Assembly (NCBI GenBank): GCA_965225945.1 | Contig: CBDDBZ010000036.1 | Span: 256,001-320,000 of the forward strand | DNA length: 64,000 nucleotides | Direction: 5' to 3' | Source of the DNA: Alphaproteobacteria bacterium | Lineage (GTDB): Bacteria; Pseudomonadota; Alphaproteobacteria; GCA-2731375 | Shown: positions 42,155 through 53,173 of the stretch, one piece after another | Numbering within the stretch: position 1 is the stretch's first letter | Layout: each line of letters starts with the position of its first letter | Notes under the pieces: generated by a model | Databases searched by the model: none | What the model was told of the DNA's origin: nothing | Seen by the model: the letters and a program-made list of their open reading frames with translations, nothing else | Position numbers and translations under genes: made by a program

Positions 42155-42448
42155 TCAATGCTGCTCGAGCAGGGCGCGGGCGATATCTTCCCACTCCGCG
42201 GCCAGCGGTTTCTCGCTCGCCGGGCGCTCGGCCCGACGATACCAGTATCCGGCGTTGCGGAGATCCCCCTCGACGCGGTGCAGATAGGCATGGACCCAAG
42301 CGCCGACGGCGTCGTCCTGGGCTTGCGCCAACTCATGCGCGGCGTGCCACTCGCCCTTCGCCTCCCGCCAGAGGGCCTGCAACGCCAAGCTGGCCTCGGC
42401 GGGGGCCGCCGCCGCCTCGAGCGACTCCTTGAAAGCCTCGAAATTCAT
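42155..42448 (-). CDS. Conserved hypothetical protein
   Basis: WHAAHELAQ...WVHAYLHRVEGD..NAGYWYRRA family signature. Confidence 0.8.
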   Translation of the reverse strand: MNFEAFKESLEAAAAPAEASLALQALWREAKGEWHAAHELAQAQDDAVGAWVHAYLHRVEGDLRNAGYWYRRAERPASEKPLAAEWEDIARALLEQH

Positions 42449-42606
42449 CCTCGCATTCCTCTCCATCGCCGCGTTCGTTCGCCGATGATAGCGCATTTCA
42501 CGCTGGACCGAGGCGGGGCGAGCGCGTCAAAATCGAGCCGGCGGTCCGGCCCGTGATCCGGGTTGACCGAGATCAAGGACAAAATCGTTTCCCAAGGGGG
42601 GATACC

Positions 42607-43605
42607 ATGCGCACACTCGTCATAACCGCCCTCGCCTCGGCCGTAGCGCTTGCCGTCTCGCAGCCGCGGGCGGGCGAAGTCAATCCGGCCGTCGTCTTCG
42701 ACATGGGCGGTAAATTCGACAAGTCCTTCAACGAAGGGGTCTGGAACGGCATCGAGCGTTTCCGCAAGGAGACCGGGGTCAAATACCGCGAGTTCGAGGT
42801 CACCAACGAGACCCAGCGCGAGCAGGCGCTCCGGCGGATGGCGCAGCGCGGCGCCGACCCGGTGCTCGGGATCGGCTTCGCTCAGGCGCCGGCGCTAAAA
42901 AAGGTCGCCAAGGAGTTCCCGAACACCCGCTTCGCCATCATCGACATGGTGGTCGACTTGCCGAACGTGCAGTCCATCGTCTTCAAAGAGCATGAGGGTT
43001 CCTTCCTGGTCGGCGCGCTGGCGGCCGCGGTCTCGAAGAGCGGCAAGGTCGGCTTCATAGGGGGCATGGACATCCCCTTGATCCGCCGCTTCGCCTGCGG
43101 CTACGTGCAGGGCGTCAAGTATCAGAACGCCAAGGCCGAGGTCCTGCAAAACATGACCGGGACGACGCCCGCGGCCTGGAACAACCCGACCAAGGGCGGC
43201 GAGTTGGCGCGCAGCCAGTTTGATCGCGGCGCCGATGTCGTCTACGCGGCGGCCGGCGGCACCGGCGTCGGCGTGCTGCAGGCGGCCAAGGACGCCGGTA
43301 AGCTGGCGATCGGCGTCGATTCCAACCAGAACCACATCCACCCCGGCACCATCTTGACGTCGATGCTGAAACGCGTGGACGTCGCCGCCTACAACGTCTT
43401 CAAGTCGGCCATGGACGGCAGTTGGAAGCCGGGCATCCAGGTTCTGGGGCTGGCGGAGGACGGCGTCGGATGGGCCCTCGACGAGCATAACGACAAGCTG
43501 GTGAGCGCGGCGTTGCGGACCCGCATGAAGGCCCTTCGGGCCGATATCATCGCCGGCAAGATCAAGGTCCACGACTACATGTCGAACAACAGTTGCAAAA
43601 GCTGA
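42607..43605 (+). CDS. BMP-family nucleoside ABC transporter substrate-binding protein
   Basis: GGKFDKSFN, FKEHEGSFLVG, IGVDSNQ, SMLKRVD. Confidence 0.93.
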   Translation: MRTLVITALASAVALAVSQPRAGEVNPAVVFDMGGKFDKSFNEGVWNGIERFRKETGVKYREFEVTNETQREQALRRMAQRGADPVLGIGFAQAPALKKVAKEFPNTRFAIIDMVVDLPNVQSIVFKEHEGSFLVGALAAAVSKSGKVGFIGGMDIPLIRRFACGYVQGVKYQNAKAEVLQNMTGTTPAAWNNPTKGGELARSQFDRGADVVYAAAGGTGVGVLQAAKDAGKLAIGVDSNQNHIHPGTILTSMLKRVDVAAYNVFKSAMDGSWKPGIQVLGLAEDGVGWALDEHNDKLVSAALRTRMKALRADIIAGKIKVHDYMSNNSCKS

Positions 43606-43633
43606 GGCGCGGGCGAGGCGAGGCCATCGGGTC

Positions 43634-45205
43634 TTGAGCCTGGAGGCGCCGAACGCGCCGGCGCCGGCGATCGAGCTGGTCGGTATCGACAAGCGCTTCG
43701 GGGCGGTCCACGCCAATCGGGCGATCTCGCTCCGCGTCGCGGCGGGCACCATTCACGGCATCGTCGGCGAGAACGGCGCTGGCAAGTCGACCCTGATGAA
43801 CATCCTGCACGGCTTCTACCAGGCCGACGCGGGCGAGATCCGGGTGGATGGTCGCAGGGTGGCGATCGATTCCTCCGAGGATGCGATCGCCGCCGGCATC
43901 GACATGGTGCACCAGCACTTCATGCTGGTGCCGACCTTCACGGTGCTGGAGAACCTGGTGCTGGGCGCGAAGGGAGGCCTGCGTCTCGCCCCCTCGCTCG
44001 CCCGCGCCCGGGGCGAACTCGAGCGCTTGGCCCGGGAGTTCGGCCTGGGGATCGACCCGGAGGCGACGGTCGGCGACCTGCCGGTCGGTCTTCGCCAGCG
44101 GGTGGAGATCCTGAAGGCGCTCTATCGCGGTGCCCGGATCCTGATCCTGGACGAGCCCACCAGCGTTCTGACCCCAAACGAGACCAAACAGCTCTTCTCC
44201 ATCCTGCGGGCGCTGAAGGAGCGGGGCGTCACGGTGATTCTGATCACCCACAAGCTCCGCGAGATCATGGCGATCACCGACACCGTCTCGGTCATGCGCC
44301 AGGGGGCGATGGTGGCGAGCCGGATTACCGCCGAGACCGACCGGGAAAGCCTCGCCGAGTTGATGGTCGGCCGCAAGGTGCCGCTCGGCGTCGAGAAGCG
44401 CTCGCCGCGCCCAGGCGAGGTGGCGCTCCGGGTCGAGGACTTGCGCGTGGTGGATGACGCCGGCGTCACGCGTGTCGACGACGTCTCGTTCGAAGTCCGC
44501 GCGGGCGAGATCGTCGGCATCGCCGGCGTCTCCGGCAACGGGCAGAGCGAGCTGATGGTGGCGCTTGCCGGCATGCGGCCGTTCGATGGTGGCGAAGTCC
44601 GCGTTCATGGGCAGCGGATGGCGGTCGAGGCACCGGGCGATCCCTCCCGCCTTCGCGCCCTGGGGGTCGCGCACGTGCCGGAGGACCGGCTCGGCGACGG
44701 CGTGGTGTCCGGTTTTTCGGCCGCCGAGTCCTTCATCCTCGGCTACCACGAGGATCCGGCCTACAACGGAGCGATCCTCGCCGACCTCCGCGCGATTATC
44801 GCCGATTGCCGCGAGAAGATGGCCAAATACGACGTCCGGCCGGCGGATCCGAGCTTGACCACCGCCAATTTCTCCGGCGGCAATCTGCAGAAGCTGGTCA
44901 TCGCGCGCGAGCTGGAGCGCGCGCCTTCCGTCCTGCTGGTCGGCCAGCCGACCCGCGGCGTCGATATCGGCGCCATCGAATTTATCCACAAGAACCTCAT
45001 CGCCATGCGCGACGCGGCCGCGGCGGTGCTGCTGGTCTCGGTCGAACTCGACGAGATCATGGCGCTCTCCGATCGAATCTTGGTGATGTTCGAGGGCCGG
45101 ATCGTCGGCGAGGTGGCCGGCGCGGAGGCGGACGAGCGTACTCTCGGCCTGTTGATGGCCAACGTCGCCGGTGGCGAGAGCGAGGGGCGCGGGGCGGATG
45201 GCTAA
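43634..45205 (+). CDS. Nucleoside ABC transporter ATPase (two ABC domains)
   Basis: GENGAGKST, LDEPT, SGGNLQK, QPTRGVD. Confidence 0.93.
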   Translation: MSLEAPNAPAPAIELVGIDKRFGAVHANRAISLRVAAGTIHGIVGENGAGKSTLMNILHGFYQADAGEIRVDGRRVAIDSSEDAIAAGIDMVHQHFMLVPTFTVLENLVLGAKGGLRLAPSLARARGELERLAREFGLGIDPEATVGDLPVGLRQRVEILKALYRGARILILDEPTSVLTPNETKQLFSILRALKERGVTVILITHKLREIMAITDTVSVMRQGAMVASRITAETDRESLAELMVGRKVPLGVEKRSPRPGEVALRVEDLRVVDDAGVTRVDDVSFEVRAGEIVGIAGVSGNGQSELMVALAGMRPFDGGEVRVHGQRMAVEAPGDPSRLRALGVAHVPEDRLGDGVVSGFSAAESFILGYHEDPAYNGAILADLRAIIADCREKMAKYDVRPADPSLTTANFSGGNLQKLVIARELERAPSVLLVGQPTRGVDIGAIEFIHKNLIAMRDAAAAVLLVSVELDEIMALSDRILVMFEGRIVGEVAGAEADERTLGLLMANVAGGESEGRGADG

Positions 45206-46310
45206 GCGGGGTGGCGTGCCCAGATGGGTGAGCCACGGTCTCGTGCCGGTCGCGAATCTCGCGCTGGCCTTCGGGGTCTCGGGCCTCATCGTGCTGGCGA
45301 TCGGCGAGGATCCGTTCGCGGCCGTGGTGATCCTGGTCCACGGCGCCTTCGGCTTCGACGAGGCGATCGGCTACACCCTCTATTACGCCACCAACTTCAT
45401 GTTCACCGGCCTCGCCGTGTCCGTGGCCTTCCATGCCGGGCTGTTTAATATCGGCGGCGAGGGACAGGCCTATATCGGCGGCCTCGGCGTCGGCCTCGGA
45501 CTACTCGCCTTCGATGCCCACCTGCCGTTCCCGATCCTGTTGTTGATCTCGATCCTGGCCGGTGCCCTGTTCGGCGCCGCCTGGGCCTTCGTGCCGGGTT
45601 ATCTGCAAGCCCGGCGCGGCAGCCACGTGGTGATCACCACGATCATGTTCAACTTCATCGCCTTCGCGTTGATGAACTATCTGCTGGTGAACGTGTTGAT
45701 CGAGCCGCGACAGATGAGCCCCGAAAGCCGGGAGTTCGCGGAGGTCGCCTGGCTTCCCTTCGCGCACGAGGCGTTGGGCTGGTTCGGGATCGAGGTGACG
45801 CGCTCGCCGCTCAACCTCTCGATTCTCTGGGCGCTGGTCTGCTGCCTGCTGGTCTGGCTCCTGATCTGGCGGACCCGCTGGGGCTACGCCATTCGCGTCG
45901 TCGGCGGCAACGAGCCAGCGGCGGTATATGGCGGCATCGACCCGGCCAAGGTGGTGATCGCCACGATGTGCGTCTCGGGCGCGCTCGCGGGTTTCGTCGG
46001 GCTGAACGAGATCATGGGCGTGCAGCATCGCCTGCTGCTGAACTTCACCGCCGGTTACGGCTTCGTCGGCATCGCCGCGGCCCTGATGGGTCGCAACCAT
46101 CCGATCGGCATCATCCTGGCGAGCCTGCTCTTCGGCGCGCTCTACCAGGGGGGCGCCGAGCTGGCCTTCGAGGTGCCGAGTATCACGCGTGAACTGGTGG
46201 TGGTGATCCAGGGGCTGGTGATCCTGTTCTCGGGCGCGCTCGAAAACATGCTGCGGCCCAGGATCGAGGCGCTGTTTCGCCGCCGCGCCCCGGAGACGGC
46301 GGAGGCCTGA
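45198..46310 (+). CDS. Nucleoside ABC permease
   Basis: GLFNIGGEGQ, ITTIMFN, GYGFVGI. Confidence 0.9.
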   Translation: MAKRGGVPRWVSHGLVPVANLALAFGVSGLIVLAIGEDPFAAVVILVHGAFGFDEAIGYTLYYATNFMFTGLAVSVAFHAGLFNIGGEGQAYIGGLGVGLGLLAFDAHLPFPILLLISILAGALFGAAWAFVPGYLQARRGSHVVITTIMFNFIAFALMNYLLVNVLIEPRQMSPESREFAEVAWLPFAHEALGWFGIEVTRSPLNLSILWALVCCLLVWLLIWRTRWGYAIRVVGGNEPAAVYGGIDPAKVVIATMCVSGALAGFVGLNEIMGVQHRLLLNFTAGYGFVGIAAALMGRNHPIGIILASLLFGALYQGGAELAFEVPSITRELVVVIQGLVILFSGALENMLRPRIEALFRRRAPETAEA

Positions 46311-46313
46311 AGG

Positions 46314-47288
46314 ATGGAGGCCGATTTTCTCCTCGCCGTGCTGACGCTCGATGCGACGCTTCGGGTCGCGACGCCGCTGATCCTGTGCGCCATGGCGGGG
46401 CTGATCTCGGAACGCTCGGGCATCATCGATATCAGCCTCGAGGGCAAGATGCTGGGGGCGGCCTTCGCGGCGGCGGCCGCGGCCCACCTGTCCGGCAGCG
46501 AATGGGTCGGGCTCCTCGCCGCGATTCTCACCGGCCTGATGCTGGCGCTGGTCCACGGCTTCGCCTGCATCACCCACAACGGCAATCAGGTGGTGAGCGG
46601 CGTCGCCATCAACATCTTGATGTCGGGCCTCACCGTCACCCTCGGAATCGCCTGGTTCGCCCAGGGCGGCCAGACCCCCTCGTTGAGCGACGCGGAGCGC
46701 TTTCGACCGCTGGTCTGGCCGGGGGTCGAGGCGATCCGCGATCTGCCCATCCTCGGCACGCTCTACGTCGAGCTGGCGAGCGGCCACAACATCCTGGTCT
46801 ACGTGGCGCTGCTGATGGTGCCGGCGACCTGGTGGCTGGTCTATCGCAGCCGCTTCGGGCTCCGCCTCCGTGCCGTCGGCGAAAACCCGGAGGCGGTGGA
46901 CACGGCGGGCATCTCCGTCGCTTGGCTGCGCTACCGCGCGGTCCTGTTGGCCGGCGTTCTTTCGGCGATCGCAGGCGCCTATCTCTCCACGGCGCACAGC
47001 GCAGCTTTCGTGCGCGACATGTCGGCGGGGCAGGGCTACATCGCGCTCGCGGCGATGATCTTCGGCAAGTGGCGGCCGTTCCCGGCGCTCGGCGCCTGCC
47101 TGTTGTTCGGTTTTCTCGATGCGGTGGCGGTGCGGCTCCAGGGTGTCGAGGTGCCGATGATCGGTGAGGTTCCGGTACAATTCATTCAGGCCCTCCCCTA
47201 TGTCTTGACCGTGGTGCTGCTGGCCGGGTTCATGGGCCGCGCGATCGCGCCGAAGGCGATCGGCGTGCCCTACGTGAAGGAACGATGA
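46314..47288 (+). CDS. Nucleoside ABC permease
   Basis: SERSGIIDISLEG, RAVGENP, GYIALAAMIFGKW. Confidence 0.92.
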   Translation: MEADFLLAVLTLDATLRVATPLILCAMAGLISERSGIIDISLEGKMLGAAFAAAAAAHLSGSEWVGLLAAILTGLMLALVHGFACITHNGNQVVSGVAINILMSGLTVTLGIAWFAQGGQTPSLSDAERFRPLVWPGVEAIRDLPILGTLYVELASGHNILVYVALLMVPATWWLVYRSRFGLRLRAVGENPEAVDTAGISVAWLRYRAVLLAGVLSAIAGAYLSTAHSAAFVRDMSAGQGYIALAAMIFGKWRPFPALGACLLFGFLDAVAVRLQGVEVPMIGEVPVQFIQALPYVLTVVLLAGFMGRAIAPKAIGVPYVKER

Positions 47289-47686
47289 GCGATCGAATGG
47301 ACGAGTTGATCCGCCGGGCGGGCGAGGCTCGCGAAAACGCCCATGTGCCTTATTCGGGCTTCGCCGTCGGCGCGGCGGTCCTGAGCGCCGAGGGCGGCGT
47401 CTTCGCCGGCTGCAACGTCGAGAACGCGTCTTACCCCCAAGGTTGGTGCGCGGAAGCGTCCGCCATTTCGGCGATGGTGGGTGCCGGGCATCGGCAGATC
47501 GTCGAGGTCGTGGTGCTGGGCGGCGGCGAGCGGCTCTGCACGCCCTGCGGCGGCTGCCGGCAGAAGTTGGCGGAATTCGCCGGTGCCGACACTCCGATCC
47601 ACGTCTGCGGGCCGGAGGGATTGCGCAAGACCTTCACCCTGGGAGAGTTGATGCCCTTCGCCTTCGACAAGGGCAACCTGGAGTGA
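47285..47686 (+). CDS. cdd: Cytidine deaminase
   Basis: PYSGFAVGAA, GCNVENASY, CAE, PCGGCRQ. Confidence 0.95.
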   Translation: MSDRMDELIRRAGEARENAHVPYSGFAVGAAVLSAEGGVFAGCNVENASYPQGWCAEASAISAMVGAGHRQIVEVVVLGGGERLCTPCGGCRQKLAEFAGADTPIHVCGPEGLRKTFTLGELMPFAFDKGNLE

Positions 47687-48507
47687 GTGTCGAGGCGGCG
47701 ATTGCCGCGATCCGCGCCCGGGCACCGAGGGTGGCACCGCGCGTCGGCTTGATCCTTGGCAGCGGCCTCGACGGCCTCGCGAGGGAGATCGAGGACGCGA
47801 CCGAGATCCCCTACGGCGATATTCCCGGCTTTCCCGAGCTTACGGTCGACGGCCACGCCGGGCGCCTGGTGTTGGGGCGCTTGGGCGGCCGGGCGATCGC
47901 CTGCCTACGGGGACGCGCGCATCTCTACGAGGGCGGGCGGGACGACGCGATGGCGGTCCCGGTCCACGCGCTCAGCCGGCTCGGTTGCGAGATCCTGGTG
48001 CTGACCAACGCCGCCGGCGGCTTGCGCGAGGAGATGGCGCCCGGCGCCCTCATGCTGATCGTGGATCACATCAATTTCACCGGTCGCAATCCACTGCTCG
48101 GCCCGAACGATCCGACCCTCGGCCCGCGCTTCCCCGACATGACCGTCGCCTACGACCTCGAGCTCCGCCACGCGCTCCGGCGCGCGGCCGGGGCGGAGGG
48201 CGTCTGGCTCCACGAGGGCGTCTACCTCTGCTGTCTCGGGCCCAACTTCGAGACTCCGGCGGAAATCCACGCCTTCGCCAGCCTCGGCGCCGACGCGGTC
48301 GGCATGTCGACGGTGCCGGAATGCCTGCTGGCGCGCCACGTGGGGCTCCGCGTCGCGGCGATCTCCACCATCACCAACCTCGCCGCCGGCATGAGCGGGG
48401 AGCCGATCGACCACGACGGCACGCTTGGCGTCGGCGCCGCGGCGGCCGGCGATCTCGCCCGCGTGCTCAGGCGTTTCCTCGCTGGCCTCGGGGGCGGCGC
48501 GTCGTGA
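47683..48507 (+). CDS. punA: Purine-nucleoside phosphorylase (trimeric class)
   Basis: ILGSGL, GRAHLYE, TNAAG, GPNFETPAE, VGMSTVPE. Confidence 0.93.
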   Translation: MSVEAAIAAIRARAPRVAPRVGLILGSGLDGLAREIEDATEIPYGDIPGFPELTVDGHAGRLVLGRLGGRAIACLRGRAHLYEGGRDDAMAVPVHALSRLGCEILVLTNAAGGLREEMAPGALMLIVDHINFTGRNPLLGPNDPTLGPRFPDMTVAYDLELRHALRRAAGAEGVWLHEGVYLCCLGPNFETPAEIHAFASLGADAVGMSTVPECLLARHVGLRVAAISTITNLAAGMSGEPIDHDGTLGVGAAAAGDLARVLRRFLAGLGGGAS

Positions 48508-49823
48508 TGTTGGCGGGGGAGATCATCCGCCGCAAACGCGACGGCCACGCCCTGGAGAGGGAAGAAATCGAGGCGATCGTCGCCGGTATCGCGGACGGCA
48601 CGTTGGCCGACGAGCAGGTTGGTGCCTTCGCCATGGCGGCCTGGCTCAACGGTCTCGACGCTGGCGAGACGGTGGCGCTGACCCGCGCGATGACCGCCTC
48701 GGGCCGCGTGCTCGAGTGGACCAAGGCCGGTCTCGACGGGCCGGTGCTGGACAAGCATTCGACCGGTGGCGTCGGCGACAAGGTAAGCCTGATCCTGGTG
48801 CCGCTGCTGGCCGCCTCGGGCGCCTACGTGCCGATGATCTCCGGGCGGGGGCTCGGCCACACCGGCGGCACGCTCGACAAGCTGGAGGCGATCCCCGGCT
48901 ACGACGCGACGCCGGATCTCGATCGTTTCCGCCGCGTCGTGGCCGATACGGGGGCGGCGATCATCGGCCAGACCGACGACCTGGCGCCGGCCGACCGCCG
49001 CCTCTATGGCGTCCGCGACGTGACGGCGACGGTGGAATCGGTGCCGCTCATCACCGCCTCGATCCTCTCGAAGAAGCTCGCCGCCGGGCTCGACGCCCTG
49101 GTGATGGACGTCAAGGTCGGCAACGGCGCCTTCGCCCAAACGGCCGATAGGGCGCGGGACCTGGCGCGCTCCATCACCCAGGTGGCCTCGGGCGCCGGTC
49201 TGCCGACACTCGCTCATCTGACCGATATGAATCAGGTCCTCGGCACGACCGCCGGCAATGCGGTCGAGGTGGTCGAGGCGATCGAATTTCTCGGCCGCGG
49301 GTCCAGGGACGCCCGGCTGGAACGGGTGACCCTGGCGCTCGGCGCGGGCCTTCTGGTCCTCGGCGGCCTCGCGCCCGACGAGGCGGCGGCGGCGCGACGC
49401 CTGGGCGAGGTGCTGTCGTCGGGCGCCGCGGCCGAGCGTTTTCAAGCCATGGTGGCCGCGCTCGGCGGCCCCTCCGATCTCCTGGAACGGGCCCACCACT
49501 ATCTGCCCCGCGCGCCCATCGTCCGCGAGGTGCCGGCGCCCGAATCCGGTTTCGTCCGCAGAATCGAGACGCGGGAGACCGGCCTCGTCGTGGTCGCCCT
49601 CGGCGGCGGGCGCCGGCGTCCAGGGGACGACATCGATCCCCGGGTCGGGCTGACGGCGGTCGCGGCGCCGGGGACCCGGATCACGCGGGGCGATCCGCTC
49701 GCCCTGGTTCACGCAGGCGACGAGGCCTCGGCGGAAGCGATGGCGGCGCGCCTCGGCGCCTTGATCGAGATCGGCGAGACGCCGCCGCCGGAGGCCCCGG
49801 TCCTGATCGAGCGGATCGGCTGA
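48507..49823 (+). CDS. deoA: Thymidine phosphorylase
   Basis: IIRRKRDG, DKHSTGGVGDK, SGRGLGHTGGTLDKLE, SILSKKLA. Confidence 0.95.
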   Translation: MLAGEIIRRKRDGHALEREEIEAIVAGIADGTLADEQVGAFAMAAWLNGLDAGETVALTRAMTASGRVLEWTKAGLDGPVLDKHSTGGVGDKVSLILVPLLAASGAYVPMISGRGLGHTGGTLDKLEAIPGYDATPDLDRFRRVVADTGAAIIGQTDDLAPADRRLYGVRDVTATVESVPLITASILSKKLAAGLDALVMDVKVGNGAFAQTADRARDLARSITQVASGAGLPTLAHLTDMNQVLGTTAGNAVEVVEAIEFLGRGSRDARLERVTLALGAGLLVLGGLAPDEAAAARRLGEVLSSGAAAERFQAMVAALGGPSDLLERAHHYLPRAPIVREVPAPESGFVRRIETRETGLVVVALGGGRRRPGDDIDPRVGLTAVAAPGTRITRGDPLALVHAGDEASAEAMAARLGALIEIGETPPPEAPVLIERIG

Positions 49824-49905
49824 AAAGCAGCGGGGGCGGCCCGGCTGGGCGAGCCCCGGCTGGCTTTGGCCCTGCGTCGTCAGACGCCTGTAGTATGGTG
49901 CCTCG

Positions 49906-51315
49906 TCAGACGCTGTAGTACATCGAGAACTCGATCGGATGGGGGGTGTGCTCGAGGGCGTAGACCTCCTCCCACTTCAGCTCGAGATAGCCGTCGATCA
50001 GATCGTCGGTGAAGACGCCGCCCTTCTTCAGGAAGTCGCGGTCGGCGTCCAGGCTCTCCAGGGCCTCGCGCAACGAGCCACAAACCGTCGCCACGTCCCG
50101 CAGCTCCTCCGGCGGAAGGGAGTAGAGGTCCTTGTCGATCGGGTCGCCCGGATGGATGTGGTTTTCGATTCCATCGAGGCCGGCCATCAGCATCGCCGCG
50201 AAGGTGAGGTAGGGGTTGGCGCCGCCGTCGGGGAAGCGCACCTCGACGCGCTTGCCGTTCGGCCCCGGCGAGAAGGGGATGCGGCAGCCGGCCGAGCGGT
50301 TGCGGGCCGAATAGGCCAGCAGCACCGGCGCCTCGAAACCCGGGATCAGGCGCTTGTAGGAGTTGGTCAGCGGGTTCGAGAGGGCGTTGAACGCCTTCGC
50401 GTGCTTGATGATTCCGCCGATATAGTAGAGCGCCATGTCCGAGAGATCAGCGTAGCCCGAGCCGGCGAAGAGCGGCTTGCCGTCCTTCCAGATCGACTGA
50501 TGCGTGTGCATGCCGGAGCCGTTATCGTCCATCACCGGCTTCGGCATGAAGGTCGCCGTTTTGCCGTAGGAGTGGGCGACGTTGTGCACGACGTATTTAT
50601 AAATCTGCATGTTGTCGGCGCAGCGCACCAGGGTCGAGAACACGATACCCAGCTCGTGCTGGCTCGGCGCCACCTCGTGGTGGTGCTTTTCGGTATTGAC
50701 GCCCATCTCGCGCATGACGCTGAGCATCTCGGCCCGGATATCGGAGGCGGCGTCGACCGGCGGCACCGGGAAGTAACCGCCCTTGATCGGCGGCCGGTGG
50801 CCGGTGTTGCCGCCCTCGAAATCGGTGCCGGAATTATACGGCCCCTCGGATTCGTCGATTTTGTAGAAGGTGTGGTTCATCGAGACGTCGAAGCGGACGT
50901 CGTCGAAGAGGAAAAACTCCGCCTCCGGACCGAAATAGGCGGTATCGCCTGCGCCGGAGCTTTCCAAATAGGCCTCGGCGCGCCGCGCGGCGGAACGCGG
51001 GCAGCGGCTATAGTCCTCGTGCGTCATCGGCTCCAGCACGTCGCAGAACAGGATCAACGAGGACTGTGCCGAAAACGGATCCATGACGGCCGTGGTCGGG
51101 TCCGGCATCAGCGTCATGTCGGAATCGTTGATCACCTTCCAGCCGGCGATGGACGAACCGTCGAACATGATGCCGTCGGAGAAGGAATCCTCGTCGATCA
51201 CCTCGGCGTCCATGGCGAGATGCTGCCATTTGCCGCGTGGGTCGGTGAAGCGCAGGTCGATGAACTTGACCTCCTGCTCCTTGATCTGGCTCAAAACCGA
51301 ATTGGCGTCGGACAT
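49906..51315 (-). CDS. glnA: Glutamine synthetase type I
   Basis: [41 protein letters not shown] adenylylation loop. Confidence 0.98.
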   Translation of the reverse strand: MSDANSVLSQIKEQEVKFIDLRFTDPRGKWQHLAMDAEVIDEDSFSDGIMFDGSSIAGWKVINDSDMTLMPDPTTAVMDPFSAQSSLILFCDVLEPMTHEDYSRCPRSAARRAEAYLESSGAGDTAYFGPEAEFFLFDDVRFDVSMNHTFYKIDESEGPYNSGTDFEGGNTGHRPPIKGGYFPVPPVDAASDIRAEMLSVMREMGVNTEKHHHEVAPSQHELGIVFSTLVRCADNMQIYKYVVHNVAHSYGKTATFMPKPVMDDNGSGMHTHQSIWKDGKPLFAGSGYADLSDMALYYIGGIIKHAKAFNALSNPLTNSYKRLIPGFEAPVLLAYSARNRSAGCRIPFSPGPNGKRVEVRFPDGGANPYLTFAAMLMAGLDGIENHIHPGDPIDKDLYSLPPEELRDVATVCGSLREALESLDADRDFLKKGGVFTDDLIDGYLELKWEEVYALEHTPHPIEFSMYYSV

Positions 51316-51403
51316 TTTCTGTTTTCCTCCACGAGCTACGGGTTCGGTTTGTCGAGGGATCCGGATCCCTCGGGGTTGCGGTGCGATGTGGCCTCAAATG
51401 GCC

Positions 51404-51841
<438 letters not shown>

Positions 51842-51862
51842 TCATCGCCGCAAGACTTCCAT

Positions 51863-51878
51863 TGCACTCGTCGTGCCA
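51863..51878 (-). promoter_or_regulatory. sigma54 (-24/-12) promoter of glnB-glnA
   Basis: Minus strand TGGCAC-GACGA-GTGCA versus consensus TGGCAC-N5-TTGCA. Confidence 0.75.
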
Positions 51879-51950
51879 GACCGTGGCGACACTCAAGCTA
51901 TTGAATTCACGGCAAAAACTTGGCGCGTCGCCGTGAGCGTCGCGCGCTGT

Positions 51951-51987
51951 CGCCTTAATTTCAGGCAATTCGCCCACGGATTAGGCG
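51951..51987. promoter_or_regulatory. Tandem NtrC-type binding boxes
   Basis: cgccttaatttcaggca and cgcccacggattaggcg (17-bp GC-N11-GC palindromes) about 70-110 bp upstream of the sigma54 site. Confidence 0.55.
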
Positions 51988-52006
51988 GTCGGCCGCGCGG
52001 GCCCGG

Positions 52007-53173
52007 CTACGACAACAGCTCCCGGATGCGGCGGCAGGCCTCTCGGATGTTCTCCAGCGAGTTGGCGTAGGAGAATCTGAGATAGCCCTCGCCATGGGCC
52101 CCGAAGCTGGTGCCGGAGATCACCGCCACGCCGGCCTCGTTCAACAGTCGTTCCTGCAGCACGTCCGAGGTCAGCCCCGTGCCGGCGATGTTGGGGAAGG
52201 CGTAGAAGGCACCGCCGGGGCGAGGGCAGCGGAAGCCGGGGATGGCGTTCAGCTCCTCGACGATGGCGAGGCGGCGCGCGTCGAACGCCTCGACCATGGC
52301 ATCGGCCTCGTCCTGCGGGCCCTCGAGGGCGGCGATGCCGGCGAACTGCGCCGCTGCGTTGACGCAGGAATGGTCGTTGACGCAGAGCCGCGTCGCCGGC
52401 TCCACCATCGCCCGCGGCCAGACCGCATAGCCGAGCCGCCAGCCGGTCATGGCATAGGTCTTCGACCAGCCGTCGAGCAGGATCAGCCGATCGCGCAAGG
52501 ACTCGTAGCCGAGCAGAGAGATGTGCGGCTGGTTGTCGTAGACCATGCGAGCATAGATCTCGTCCGACAGCACGACCACGTTCGGGTAGGCCTCGAGGCC
52601 CACCACCAGCTCGTCGAGTTCCGCTTTCTGGACGACCCCGCCGGTGGGGTTGGCCGGACTGTTGACGATGATCAGGCGGGTCTTGTCGTTGACGCTTTGC
52701 AACACTTCCTCGGCGTTGAAGGAATAGCCGGTGTCCTCATACAGCGCGATCGGCACCGGCGTGGCGCCGGAGAAAGCGATGGCCGATTGGTAGATCGGGA
52801 AGCCCGGATTCGGATACATGATCTCGCTCCCGGGCTCGCCCAGCATCATGCAGGCGTAAAACATCGTCGGTTTGCCGCCCGGCTGGACGACGACGTGATC
52901 CGGGTCCACCTCGACCCCCCTATATTTCGCGATGTCGGCGCTGACGGCGGCGCGCAGCTCCGGGATGCCGTTCGCCGGCGTGTAGCCGTGATGACCGTCG
53001 CGCAGCGCCCGGATCGCCGCCTCGACAATGTGATCGGGGGTTTTGAAGTCCGGCTGGCCGATCCCCAGATTGATGATCGAGCGGCCTTCGGCGGCCAGCT
53101 TATTGGCCCGGGCCAGCACCTCGAAAGCGGTCTCGGTGCCGAGATGGGACATCCGTCGGGCGAGTTGAATCAT
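52007..53173 (-). CDS. PLP-dependent class I aminotransferase (aspartate aminotransferase-like)
   Basis: GIGQPDF, NSPANPTG, SDEIY, GWSKTYAMTGWRLGY. Confidence 0.93.
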   Translation of the reverse strand: MIQLARRMSHLGTETAFEVLARANKLAAEGRSIINLGIGQPDFKTPDHIVEAAIRALRDGHHGYTPANGIPELRAAVSADIAKYRGVEVDPDHVVVQPGGKPTMFYACMMLGEPGSEIMYPNPGFPIYQSAIAFSGATPVPIALYEDTGYSFNAEEVLQSVNDKTRLIIVNSPANPTGGVVQKAELDELVVGLEAYPNVVVLSDEIYARMVYDNQPHISLLGYESLRDRLILLDGWSKTYAMTGWRLGYAVWPRAMVEPATRLCVNDHSCVNAAAQFAGIAALEGPQDEADAMVEAFDARRLAIVEELNAIPGFRCPRPGGAFYAFPNIAGTGLTSDVLQERLLNEAGVAVISGTSFGAHGEGYLRFSYANSLENIREACRRIRELLS

